Of a stretch of 64,000 nucleotides of DNA, positions 1-12,416 are shown in pieces. The position numbers and the translations under genes are program-made. A model generated the notes under the pieces. That model saw nothing but the letters and a program-made list of their open reading frames with translations. It searched no databases and was not told the DNA's origin. This stretch comes from Eledone cirrhosa (Eukaryota). Every line of letters starts with the position of its first letter. Within the stretch, counting starts at the first letter, position 1. Where the stretch lies: assembly GCA_964016885.1 (NCBI GenBank), contig OZ024741.1, positions 165,354,001 to 165,418,000 on the forward strand, read 5' to 3'.

Positions 1-509
1 GAGGGTCAGACGCCATGCTTTGTAGCATGGAGTTAAGGCCCTTTATGATCTGAGTTCAAATCTCGCTGAGGTTAACTTTGCCTTTCATCCTTACGGGGGT
101 CGATAAAAATAAAGTACCAGTAATACACTAGGGTAATGGCTGGCCTTGTGCCAAAAGTAGAAACAATATTAAAGATGTTCTCAGATCAAAGGAGCTGGGG
201 TCCAGAGAGTCTCTCTGTGACCACTAGCAACTGCATGAACACCTAAAATATAGTAAAGTATACTAGTACTACCACCACCACACTCACTTTACTATCACCA
301 TTATTGGCAGGCGGTGGTAGATTGGCAGTATCGGTAGAGGGTTAGACGCCATGCTTTCTAGCAGAGTTACGTCCCTTTATGGTCTGACTTCAAATCTCGC
401 CGAGGTTAACTTTGCCTTTCATCCTTATGGGAGGGGCGGAGGCAATAAAATAAAGTACCAGTAATATACTGAGTAATTTGCTGGCCTTGTGCCAAAAGTA
501 GAAACAATT

Positions 510-997
510 ATTACTACTACCAATTCAACCCATGCAACTCCCACAACGACTATTACTATTACCACCACAGTCACTACCACTACCACCACATACTACTATT
601 ACTACTACTACTACTACTACTGCTGCTACCACAACCACAACCACCACTACTACCACTACTGTTACATCTACTACTACTACTACAGCTACTGCTACCACAA
701 CCACCACCACTACTGTTACATCTACTACTACATCTACTACTGCTACCACCACCACCACTACCACTACTGTTACATCTACTACTACTACTACTACTACTAC
801 TATTACATCTACTACTACTATTACTACTACATCTACTACTACTGCTACCACCACCACCACTACCACTACTGTTACATCTATTACTACTACTACAGCTACT
901 ACTACTGCTACCACTACCACTACTGTTACATCTACTACTACTACTGCTACCACCACCACCACCACTACCACTACTGTTACATCTACTACTACTACAT

Positions 998-1029
<32 letters not shown>

Positions 1030-1105
1030 GCTACCACCACCACCACCACCACCACCAATAGCACCACCACTACCACTACTGTTACATCTACTACTACTAC
1101 TACAT

Positions 1106-1140
<35 letters not shown>

Positions 1141-1213
1141 GCTACCACCACCACCACCACCAATAGCACCACCACTACCACTACTGTTACATCTACTACT
1201 ACTACTACTACTA
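510..1213. repeat. (ACT/ACC)n low-complexity triplet tract
   Basis: Mixed ACT/ACC/ACA triplets with higher-order GTTACATCT units. Confidence 0.9.
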
Positions 1214-1616
1214 GTCCATATATTAATGAGTGTAAGTGGTAAACATGCAACCATGTCTTCTTTGTATGTGGAGCTTGAGAGAAGGAATTCATAGCAAATG
1301 TTTTGGATAGTTAAGTCTGGCAGTCTACCACAGAGATAATAACCTGCCAAATAAAGAAATGCCAAATAGCATTAGATGATACATCAATACATTAGTTATG
1401 TCTTGGATTATTACAGGTTTAGGTGGGAGGGATGCAAGCAGGGGGGAAGAAGGTGGGAGCAGTTTTCTTTCTTTTTTTTTTTTTTCCTTTTAGGACACTA
1501 TAGGAGTTTTATATCTTCATTGTTTTGCCATTGTGCACTTTTATTCGACCTTATTGTAAACCCCCACTGTCCCTGTCTTTGTATTGTCCCCTTGAGGTCG
1601 GCCCTTGTGGCTATAC

Positions 1617-3782
1617 TGTTGATGTTGTTGTTGTGGTGGTGGTGGTAGTGTTTGTTGCTTTTGTTACTGTGACTCTTGTTGTTGCTCTTGTTGTGGTGGT
1701 GGTGGTAGTGGTGTTGTTGCTGGTAGTGGTAGTGGTGGTGGTGGTAGTGTTTGTTGCTTTTGTTACTGTTGCTCTTGTTGTGGTGGTGGTGGTGGTAGTG
1801 GTGTTGTTGTTGGTAGTGGTAGTGGTGGTGGTGGTAGTGTTGTTGTTGGTAGTGGTAGTGGTGTTGTTGTTGGTAGTGGTAGTGGTCGTGGTGGTGGTAA
1901 TGTTGGTAGTAGTGATGGTCATGACGGTACTAGTGTTGTTGTTGGTGGTAGTGGTGGTGGTGGTAGTGATGTTGTTGTTGGTAGTGGTGGTGGTGGTGGT
2001 GGTAGTGTTGTTGTTGGTAGTGGTGGTGGTGGTGGTGGTAGTGTTGTTGTTGTTGGTAGTGGTGGTGGTGGTGGTGGTGGTGGTGGTGGTGGTGGTGGTG
2101 GTACTGTTGGTAGTAGTGATGGTCATGGCGGTACTAGTGTTGTTGTTGGTGGTAGTGGTGGTGGTGGTAGTGATGTTGTTGTTGGTAGTGGTGGTGGTGG
2201 TGGTAGTGTTGTCGTTGGTAGTGGTGGTGGTGGTGGTAGTGTTGTTGTCGGTGGTGGTGTTGTTGGTGGTAGTGGTGGTGGTGGTAGGGGTGGTGGTGGT
2301 GGTGGTGGTGGTAGTGGTGGTGTTGGTGGTAGTGGTGGTGGTGGTAGTGTTTGTTGCTTTTACTACTGTGGCTCTTGTTGTTGTTGTGGTGGTGGCTGTG
2401 GTAGTGGTGTTTGTTGTGGTTGTTGTTGTGGTGTTAGTTGCTACTGTTGTGATGGTGGTGTTTGTTGCTTTTACTACTGTGGCTCTTCTTGTTGCTCTTG
2501 TTGTTGTAGTGGTGGTGGTGGTGGTAGTGTTTGTTGTTGTAGTGGTGGTGATGGTGGTAGTGTTTGTTGTTGTAGTGGTGGTGGTAGTGGTAGTGTTTGT
2601 TGTGGTAGTGGTAGTGTTTGTTGTTGTAGTGGTGTGGTGGTGGGGGTAGTGGTGGCGGTGGTGGTAGTGTTTGGTGTTACTGTTGTTGTTGTGGTGGTGG
2701 TGGTGGTGGTAGTGTTTGTTGATGATGTTGTTACTGTTGTTGTGGTGGTTGTGGTGGTAGTGGTGTTTGTTGCTACTGCTGTTACTGTTGTTGTTACTGC
2801 TGCTGTTGTTGTGGTTGTGTTGCTACTGTTGTTGTTGCTACTGTTGTTGTTTTTGCTACTGTTGTTGTTGTTACTACTATGGTTGTTGTGGTTGTATTGG
2901 TAGTGGTGTTTGTTGCTACTGTTGTTGTTGCTACTGTTGTTGTTGTTACTACTGTGGTTATTGTGGTTGTGTTGGTAGTGGTGTTTGTGGTTGTTGGTGT
3001 GGTGTTGGTAGTGGTGTTTGTGGTTGTTGTTGTGGTGTTGGTAGTGGTGTTTGTTGTTGTTGTTGTTGTGGTGGTAGTGGTGTTTGTTGCTGTTGTTGTG
3101 TTGATAGTAGTGTTTGTTGCTACTGTTGTTGTTGTGTTGGTAGTGGTGTTTGTGGTTGTTGGTGTGGTGTTGGTAGTGGTGTTTGTGGTTGTTGTTGTGG
3201 TGTTGGTAGTGGTGTTTGTGGTTGTTGTTGTGGTGGTGGTAGTGGTGTTTGTTGTTGTTGTGGTGGTGGTAGTGGTGTTTGTTGCTGTTGTTGTGTTGGT
3301 AGTAGTGTTTGTTGCTACTGTTGTTGTTGTTACTGTTGTTGTTGTTGTGTTGGTAGTGGTGTTTGTTGTTGTTGTTGTGTTGGTAGTGGTGTTTGTGGTT
3401 GTTGTTGTTGTGTTGGTAGTAGTGTTTGTGGTGGTTGTGGTGGTGGTAGTGGTGGTGTTTGTGTTTGTTGTTGTGGTGGTGGTGGTAGTGGTGTTTGTTG
3501 TTGTTGTTGTGGTGGTGGTAGTGGTGTTTGTCGTTGTTGTTGTGTTGGTAGTGGTGTTTGTTGCTACTGTTGTTGCTACTGTTGTTGTTGCTACTATTGT
3601 TGTTGTTACTATTGTTGTTGTTGTTACTGTTGTTGTTGGAAGTGGTGTTTGTTGCTAGTGTTGTTGTTGTTACTGTTGCTGCTGTTGTTGTTGTGTTGGT
3701 AGTGGTGTTTGTTGCTACTGTTGGTGTTGTTCTTACTATTGCTGTTGCTACTGTTATTGTTGTTACCATTGTTGTTGTTGTT
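1617..3782. repeat. (GTT/GGT/GTA)n low-complexity triplet tract
   Basis: Direct reading. Confidence 0.9.
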
Positions 3783-3884
3783 TCCCTCCACCCCCCTGCT
3801 AAAGTGGAGAAGACCTCCAGCTGAGAGCAGCACTATCCAATGTTCAGACAAGCAGAAATACATTTAGAAAAGTTCATATATACA

Positions 3885-3901
3885 CACAAATAAATATATG
3901 T

Positions 3902-3947
<46 letters not shown>

Positions 3948-4026
3948 TATATATATACACACACACACACATACAAACAAATACATACATGCATATATAT
4001 ATATACATATATACATACATACAAAT

Positions 4027-4073
<47 letters not shown>

Positions 4074-4148
4074 TATATATATACATACAAATACATTCAT
4101 GTATATACATATATATATATATATACATACATACATAGACATACATAC

Positions 4149-4187
<39 letters not shown>

Positions 4188-4217
4188 TACATATACATAC
4201 ATACAAATACATACATG

Positions 4218-4269
<52 letters not shown>

Positions 4270-4310
4270 CATATATGTGTGTGTGTGTGTGTGTGTGCAT
4301 ATATCTAAAT

Positions 4311-4355
<45 letters not shown>

Positions 4356-5691
4356 TAACATTAACTCTTTTTATAGATACATCCCAATCAATAGAAACTG
4401 TCGGTTAATGACCTAGGTAGGTTGTTAGGTAGATGAGTGGTTAGGTGTGGGTAGTTGGGGTGGTGAGTGGATAGATGGGTTAGGCACAGGGCCCGTGGCC
4501 AGCTTTGTTGGTAGGTAAATCGGTAGGTAGGTGCAGGGGTTGGTAGGTAAATGGGTAAGTAGGTAGGTAGGTAGGTAGGGAAGTAGGTAGGTAAATGGGT
4601 AGGTAGGTAGGTAGGGAAGTAGGTAGGTAGGTGAGTAGGTAGACAGGGAGGTAGGTATGTAGGTAGACAGATAGGTAAGTAGGTGAGTAGGTAGGTAGGT
4701 AGGTGGGTGGGTAGGTAGGTGGGTGGGTAGGTAGGTAGGTACGTAGGTAGGTAGATAGGCAGGTAGGCATGTGGGTAGGTAGACAGGTATATAGGTAGGT
4801 ACTTAGGTAGATCGGCAGGTAGGTATGTGGGTAGGTAGGTAAATTGGTGAGTATGTAGGTAGGTAGGTAGGGAGGGAGGGAGAGAGGCAGGGGGAGGTAG
4901 ATGGGTAGGTAAAACTACACCAGCCACAACCACCAACAGGAAAAATAGCCACAATAAACAATACAATAAACAACAACAATCAGCACAACAGAAACAAAAA
5001 CCACAAGAACAACAATGATGAAAACAAATACAGTAGCAGACAACACCAACAACAACAACCATGAAGACAGCCAAAACTACAACCACTGGAACCAAAGCTC
5101 CAACCACTTCAGTAACTACAACCACCACACCACCCCCATTACCACTACAACAACTGCAACAATAACACTCACAACAACAACCACACTAACAAGAACAACA
5201 ACTACAATAACAACAACTACAACCACAACCACAACCACAACAACAACAATAACAACCACAACCACAACAACAACAATAACAACCACAACAACAACAATAA
5301 CAACCACAACAATAACAACCACAACTACAACCACAACCCCAACAACATCAACAACAATATCAAGAAAAACAACAACAACAGCATCAATAACGATAACAAC
5401 CACAAAAGTAACAACACAATAACAACAACTACAACAGCCACAACAGTAACAACAACCACAACAGGAACAACAACCACAACAGTAACAACAACACAATAAC
5501 AACAACCACAACAGTAACAACACAATAACAACAACCACAACAGTAACAACACAATAACAACAACCACAACAGTAACAACAACAACAGTAACAACACAATA
5601 ACAACAACCACAACAGTAACAACACAATAACAACAACCACGACAGTAACACCAACTACAAGAGGAACAACAACTACAATAGTAACAAGTAC

Positions 5692-5763
<72 letters not shown>

Positions 5764-5830
5764 CCACAAGAACCCCAACCAATGCAACCTTACCCACAAC
5801 TACAACCATAGCAACAACAATAACAACGAA
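3885..5830. repeat. Compound microsatellites (TA/CA)n, (GA)n, (GGTA)n, (AAC)n
   Basis: Direct reading. Confidence 0.9.
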
Positions 5831-6133
5831 AATATGAAAATAAGGAAGAAACAAAATGAAGACCATAGGAATTGGTGAAGAATTAATTATGGCTACCACT
5901 GGCACCAATATTGGTATGAAAGATAAGTTGATGATGTGGAAATCAATAATATGGTTAGTTATTTCTACAATATGTCTAGTAATCAATATTAGATCAATGA
6001 ACTACATAATAATCAGGTGTTAGAAGTGATAATCTTTTAGTAGAAACAAGATAAGAAGAGGTAAACAGGTTAGGCTTTATACAGGGACTTTAGGTTACTA
6101 CAAGTGTTAACATCAATCAGTCCACTAGTAAAG

Positions 6134-6673
6134 ATACTATAAGTGTTTGAATTAACAAACTCCTGGCCGCAACCTGATGCAGTCTGCGACTAACTCAGGT
6201 TCTGCTGCACATTGGGCTGAGGAGGCCAAATTCTTCAAATACCGGTCGCTCTCCGACAGGTTTGCAGTTGTACCCTTGATAGTGGAGACTTCTGGCATCC
6301 TCGGCCCTAGGGCTACCTCCCTACTCACCACCATAGGTGCTGAGCTGGCCAGCTGTAGGTGTGAGCCCCGCGAGTTGGAGTGGCTTTTCCAGCGCGTCTC
6401 CCTTGCCGTCCTCCGGGGAAACGCCTTCTCCATTCTGTCCGCCGGGGCTGTGGGAAGGCCACCAATATGATTGACTGACTTGTCATTTTATCAGTCAGAT
6501 GTTTTTAGACATCACCCAGTTAGATATGATTCATTCTATACGTGTAGTCCTAAAGGGAGACTGTACTTTATACAAAGTCTACTTATACTAGCAAGACAAA
6601 ACTATGATTGAACAAAACAAAAATATGACTGCATCACATTAAAATCTTTAGCTTAATGTAGATTTTAACAATG
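6134..6673 (+). mobile_element. CRE-like non-LTR retrotransposon 3' fragment with candidate TSD
   Basis: AAHWAEEAKFFKY...VPLIVETSG..G...LFQRVSLAVLRGNA, a CRE-type C-terminus. Direct repeat ATCAGTCCACTAGTAAAG at 6116-6133 and 6674-6691. Confidence 0.72.
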
Positions 6674-6917
6674 ATCAGTCCACTAGTAAAGTTATGTGGT
6701 GGTGGAGCAGTACTCTAGATAGGGCCATAAAAGCTTGGAAAGTCTGGAAGGTGATGGAGAGTATAACAACAAACAAAACCAACCCATGCCAGTTATGTTC
6801 AAAACATCAACTTGATAATGAGAGAATTAATTATTTTACTAAATACCTCCAAATATGGTAATGAAAGTGAAGCAACCTTATATTTATAGTTCAGCTGAAT
6901 AAATAAATATAAATGAA

Positions 6918-7190
6918 TTGAGAGAGAGACTGAGCATAAGAGGAATCAAATGTTATGTGCAGGAGAGACGGTTGCGTTGGTATGGACATGTGATGCGTAT
7001 GAAGGATGACAGCTACATAAAAAGGTGCAGAGCAGTAGAAGTCGATGGAAACCGCGGAGTGGGGTGACCCTAGAAGACCTGGGATGAGGTGATAAAAGCC
7101 GGCCTTACCCAATTACACATACACACACACGACCGTGACCTCTGGCGTCAAGCAGTAATAAAGAAGACCCGACCCCCCACGGATACAAGC
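6918..7190 (+). mobile_element. RTE-clade LINE 3' fragment
   Basis: Translates as RERLSIRGIKCYVQERRLRWYGHVMRMKDDSYIKRC...KTWDEVIK, with stops. Confidence 0.8.
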
Positions 7191-7488
7191 CAAAGCTGAA
7201 GCATATAGACAATATGACCCCACACCCTCCCACTGCAAAAAATCACTCAGCCCACACTGTAAAGTGGACGTGTAGGCGCCAAGGCAAAAAAGCACCCAGC
7301 ACTCACTGTAAATGAGGTTGGTGTTAGGAAGGGCATCCAGCTGTAGAAATCAAGCCAGAATCAGTTCCCATATGAGCAAGACAACCCGTCTAACCCATGC
7401 TAGCGTGGAAGAACGGACGTAAAACGGTGATGATGATGATGATGATATATATATATATATATAAAGTGTGTGTGTGTATACACATACA

Positions 7489-7592
7489 CAGGGTGTCCCC
7501 CTCCAAAATGTATACACACATTGATTACCTGTACAGGCAATATTTATTAGAATGCTGTTGAAGTGTGTATACATTTTTGGGGGCCACCCTAT
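7489..7592. mobile_element. Short Tc1/mariner-type MITE (copies at ~31583-31665 and ~49029-49130)
   Basis: TIR CAGGGTGTCCC..AAAATGTATACAC and its reverse complement; shared internal TATTAGAATGCTGTTGAA. Confidence 0.78.
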
Positions 7593-8304
7593 GTGTATAT
7601 ATATATATGCAGTTCTGTTTGTATGCCAATTTACATTAAGCTAAAGAGCAAGAATGAGGGACTCATTCTACTGACATGGCTTATAAAAGAGACTGTTTGC
7701 ATAACTGCAAACGAATCGAATATTATTATTGATATTCGAAAAAAGATTAGATTTATTATATCCAGCCATGTAGAGTGATAGATAGTTGTTTTTACATATA
7801 TATATAAATATCATCATCATCATCATCATCGTTTTACGTCCGTTCTTTCACGCTAGCATGGGTTAGGCGGGTTGTCCTGTTGTGGGCAGTGTCTGGTCGG
7901 CTGACCATGCCTTGCTCATACAGGAACTGATTTGGCTTGATTTCTACAGCTGGATGCCCTTCCTAACACCAACCTCATTTACAGTGAGTGCTGGGTGCTT
8001 TTTCGTGGCACCCACACGTCCACTTTACAGTGTGGGCTGGGTGCTTTTTTTTGCCGTGGCACCTCCACAACCACCTTGCGGTGGGAGGTGTGGGGGCATA
8101 TTGTCTATATGCTTCAGCTTGTACCCATATATATATAATATAAAGTAGGAGGTGAGTTTTATTGTAGCACAATAAAGCAATGCAAGTATCGGATAAGAAG
8201 CACTCAACAGTTTATAGGACTGGAGTATAACTAATATAAAATCAAAAGATGGTTAAAAGAGTTCCATGTATTTTATTATGCGCCTTTCAAAAACATATAT
8301 CATC

Positions 8305-8373
8305 ATTTTATCTGATGAGAACGCAAATATCATCCCATGATGATATTTGTTTTTGAAATGCGCATAATAAAAT
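8305..8373 (+). ncRNA. Type I minimal hammerhead ribozyme motif (family A), intact core
   Basis: ATTTTAT-CTGATGA(8312-8318)-~16 bp stem II-GAAA(8355-8358)-TGCGCA palindrome-TA-ATAAAAT; 7-bp stem I. Confidence 0.82.
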
Positions 8374-8421
8374 ACATGGAACTCTTTTAACCATCTTTTG
8401 ATTTTATATTATATATATAAT

Positions 8422-8453
<32 letters not shown>

Positions 8454-8469
8454 GATATATATATATATA

Positions 8470-9004
8470 ATATTCCGTGACGACGTCCCTCACGCCGGAC
8501 TTCTGTCTGATGACTTCGCTCCTGATGTGCTCTCTCAACGAGATTCCTAGCAGTGATCTCTCCATGGCTCTTTGAGCCGTTACCAATCTCTGCTCTTCTC
8601 TCTTCGTTGTAGCCCAAGTTTCACTGCCATATAACATTGCAGGTAAAACTGTGCTATTGAAGAGGTTGGCGCGGGTAGTCTTGTCCAACCTCCCCTTGGG
8701 CACATCCCTTATGCCGTTGAACGCCTTCCATCCGGCCCTTACTCTCCGCAGCAAGTTCAGATGGGCTGCACACGTGGCCCGGTTCACCGATAATCGGTGG
8801 ACCCGCACAGTTGCAGAGTGGTACCCGCCCGAGCGGAAACGACCACACGGAAGGCCTCCACGAGGGTGAAGTTACGATTTTAAGAATACGATTGGGACTA
8901 CATGGATGAGGAAAGCACGATCCAGAGAGGAATGGACGGCGTGCTGTGACTAACGGCGCCGAATGGACGCCCGATAGACTGGTCGGTCAAGGTGATCAAG
9001 GTGA
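8470..9004 (+). mobile_element. RTE-clade LINE 3' fragment with inverted 5' segment
   Basis: 8470-8750 (-) encodes ...VLPAMLYGSETW...KSGVRDVVTEY. 8746-8950 (+) continues RSKFRWAAHVAR...GRPP. (TCAAGGTGA)2 tail at 8987-9004. Confidence 0.92.
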
Positions 9005-9218
9005 TATGTATAAATATATATATATATAACAAAGGAATTGTGGTAAGGAACCAGATGGACCATAACGCATCAGAGTACTCAATACTTAGGGTAGTAGTGG
9101 GAAATAGGAAAAAGTATGACCCCGACGGCAGAGCTCAAGCCGTTTCGACAGCTATTTCTGGACTCCAGAAATAGCCGTCGAAACGGCTTGAGCTCTGTCG
9201 TCGGGGGTAATAATTTTT

Positions 9219-9276
<58 letters not shown>

Positions 9277-10399
9277 AAAGAAAAGACAACATTCGTACTT
9301 TTTTCATACCAAGCCACCCAATACTGCTCCAATTCTAAGACGACAAACCTCTTGCTTTAAGCTATTCATACTCAAATAAAAATTAACATTATGGAAGAAT
9401 ACCTTAGTTAAGGTAAGTACTAATATCAGGCTTATTGATATGGTATATTTTACGAAATTCTTTCAAACTGTTGATTTAAAATAATTAATTGAAAAACATA
9501 GGTGGTGTCTTTCATTAGAAATATGCTAATGAAAGGGTTGCTGCTGATTATTCTAAATAATTAATTGAAAAACATAGAAATCAGTAAATGAAAGGGTTAA
9601 ATTAAAGCTTCTATTTTCAAACGTTTACAATAAAGGGAGGTAACAACTAAACAGTTAGTAATTTCCCTTAGATAAAACAGAACGCTGCTATTGTGAAAAT
9701 AATTGGCATGATTTTTATAAAATACAGGATGAAACGTAATACACCTCTCACACGTCATGTCTTTTTCCATATTTTATGAGAAAATGATCCCTGCTTCTAT
9801 TCGACTATCTCCAGTTGCAATTAAGACTACATACAGTAGAATTTAACAGGAATTATTTCCAAATATTATGATAAAAGTGAATTCAAATACACAACATTAG
9901 CTGATGTAATGTTGTTAATTGTAAATTTTAAAAAACGTAAAAAACGTTTAACATTTTTAAAATATAAAAAATGTCCAGTATGTCAGAAATATGAAGGTGC
10001 GCTGGCTTAGTGGTTACAGTGTCGGGCTTAAAATCCTGAGGTTGTGAGTTTGACTCTTAGGCCAGACTTCGCGTTGTTGTGTTCTTGAGCAAAACACTTT
10101 ATTTCACGTTGTTCCAGTTTACACAGCTGTAGAAATGAGTTAACCTAGCTATGGGTTAAATAGTCTCACCAACACACAATTGGCCAAGCATGGTGAATAC
10201 AGTTACACCCCTGACATGACCAAAACCCAAAACAGAAAATGGTGGAGGTCAACGAGAGAGGGGTTCCTCCAGTAGGAGTGAAAAGGCCCTGGATTGAATG
10301 AATGTCAGAAATAATTTAATACTTAAAACCCTACCGATTCCATGTGGATAATGAGAAATAGGATTCAATTAATCTCAGCAGAAGATTGGTATATGATCA

Positions 10400-10820
10400 A
10401 CTATGGAGGAATGAGAGGCAAAACCGTGGAGCAGTGAGAGGCAAAACCATGGAGGTGTGAGAGACAAAACCATGGAGGAGTGAGAGGCTAAACCATGGAA
10501 GAGTGAGAGGCAAAACCATGGAGGTGTGAGAGGCAAAACCATGGAGGTGTGAGAGGCAAAACCATGGAGGAGTGAGAGGCAAAACCATGGAGGAGTGAGA
10601 GGCTAAACCATGGAAGAGTGAGAGGCAAAACCATGGAGGTGTGAGAGGCAAAACCATGGAGGAGTGAGAGGCTAAACCATGGAAGAGTGAGAGGCAAAAC
10701 CATGGATGAGTGAGAGGTAAAACCATGGAGGAATGAAAGGCAAAACCATGGAGGAATTAGAGGCAAAACCATGGAGGAGTGAGAGGCAAAACTAAGGAGG
10801 AATGAGGAACAAAACCATGA
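10400..10820. repeat. 23-bp minisatellite (AAAACCATGGAGGWGTGAGAGGC), ~18 copies
   Basis: Head-to-tail units with no unique spacers. Confidence 0.92.
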
Positions 10821-10889
10821 ATACTAACAGGATTGGGAAACAAACAGACATAATGAAAAATATATAGTCTGATACTTTATCCTCTACAG

Positions 10890-11075
10890 CAGGGTTTCCC
10901 AAACTTTTTCAAACACGGAACCCTTTTTCGCTCAGAAACTTTTGGGGGAACCTCAAAGTCTAATACTGTTATATAGTCATATTATAAATATACCCCTCTA
11001 CCATTTTTTCACGGAACCCTAGATACTTGTTTGCGGAACACTTGGGTTCCGGGGAACCCACTTTGGGAACCGCTG
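10890..11075. mobile_element. hAT-type MITE
   Basis: TIRs CAGGGTTTCCCAAAC / CTTTGGGAACCGCTG; 8-bp TSD CTCTACAG / CTCTACAC. Confidence 0.88.
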
Positions 11076-11579
11076 CTCTACACTAATGTCTCTTATACTA
11101 CAACACTGATATGTGTGTGTGTGTGAGTATTATGTAATATATGTTTGTAATATACGTTTGTAATATCATCATCATCATCATTTCATTTTACGTCCACTTT
11201 TCCCTGCTTGCAAGGGTGGGACGGGAACTGATTCTGGCTTGATTTCTACAGCTGGATGCCCTTCCTAACACCAACCTCATTTACAGTGAGTGCTGGGTGC
11301 TCTTTTGCCGTGACACCTCCACGACCACTTTGCAGTGGAATGATAGGGACCCCAGTCCCTATCATCTCATTTCTACAGCTGAGTAAACTGGAGCAATGTG
11401 AAATAAAGTAGAAACAACACATCACCCGGTCTTAGAATTGAACTCACAACCTTTCGCTTGCAAGGCCGAAAGGTTGTGAGTTCAATTCTCAGATAGGGTG
11501 ATGTGTTGTTTCCTTGAACAAGGCACTTTATTCCACATTGCTCGTATGTAATATATGTATGTAAGATATGTTTATAATC

Positions 11580-12416
11580 TAGGGCGGTTAAAATTCCCGA
11601 GATCCATATACGAGTTCTCTGCAGTGGTCTCTGTCCTCCATCATTGCCGCCATGTCCTGCGCCTCCCAGACACCAGTGTCTGTCCTTAGAACATCAATAT
11701 ATGTCATCCTCAGTCTCCCTCTTCTAGTGTGTCCGTGTAGGGGCTCCCACAGAACCACTGAGTGCAGTGTCAACTCTGAATGTCGGTGAGCATGTCGAGC
11801 TAAGCTCAGTCTCCTCTGTGTTACTTTTGAGCTGATGTTTGGGAGACTCCCGTACAGCTCTGAGTTCTTCATCCTCAGGACTCTGGCTTTTCTGTAACAC
11901 TGGCTAAGAGCAGGAGAGGTAAGGCTAAAAAGATATCAAATGCTGAATTTGTTGACGACATAGTTGACAAACACAGTGAAGGGGCAGAGGAGTTGATACA
12001 AGAAGTGGAGACTGTGTTGATGAGTGTGGGGCTGAGAATGAATGAGAGTAAGACTAAGTATCTAGTAGAGAACATTTTGAAGCCAGAGAAGATTATGAAT
12101 GTAGGCGGGAAGCCACTAGAGTTGGTTGAGGACTTCCTGTCTCTGGGAGCAAAGACTGGGGACACAGAGGATGATGTGGTTGAGAGGAAGAGCATAGCCT
12201 GGGCCGAATGCCACAGTATGAGATCAGTGTGGAAGTTGGACCTTAGTAAAGACCTGAAGATCCGTCTCTTTATTGCTACAGTAGAGTCTGTGCTGCTGTA
12301 CGGGGTACGGGTCTGAGACTTGGACACTAACCAAGAGGCTCATTCAGATGGTGGATCGGTGCCACACGAGAATGCTGAGGATGGCTCTGAACATTAATCA
12401 GTATACACTGAGGATG
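11580..12416 (-). mobile_element. RTE/RTEX-like LINE 3' fragment with inverted 5' segment
   Basis: 11879-12416 (+) encodes the RT end FVDD...GLRMNESKTK...VESVLLYG..ETWTL...YTLRM. 11878-11588 (-) continues LRMKNSELYG...RRGRLRMTYID. Confidence 0.9.

Noticed and set aside
1214-1343. Acceptor-like ttggcag and open frame on the minus strand
   Set aside because: No CASK similarity and no good donor; the frame runs into a microsatellite.
489-5986. Mucin-like poly-Thr, poly-Val and Cys-rich ORFs
   Set aside because: These are translations of triplet microsatellites, open in several frames on both strands, with no signal peptide or credible gene structure.
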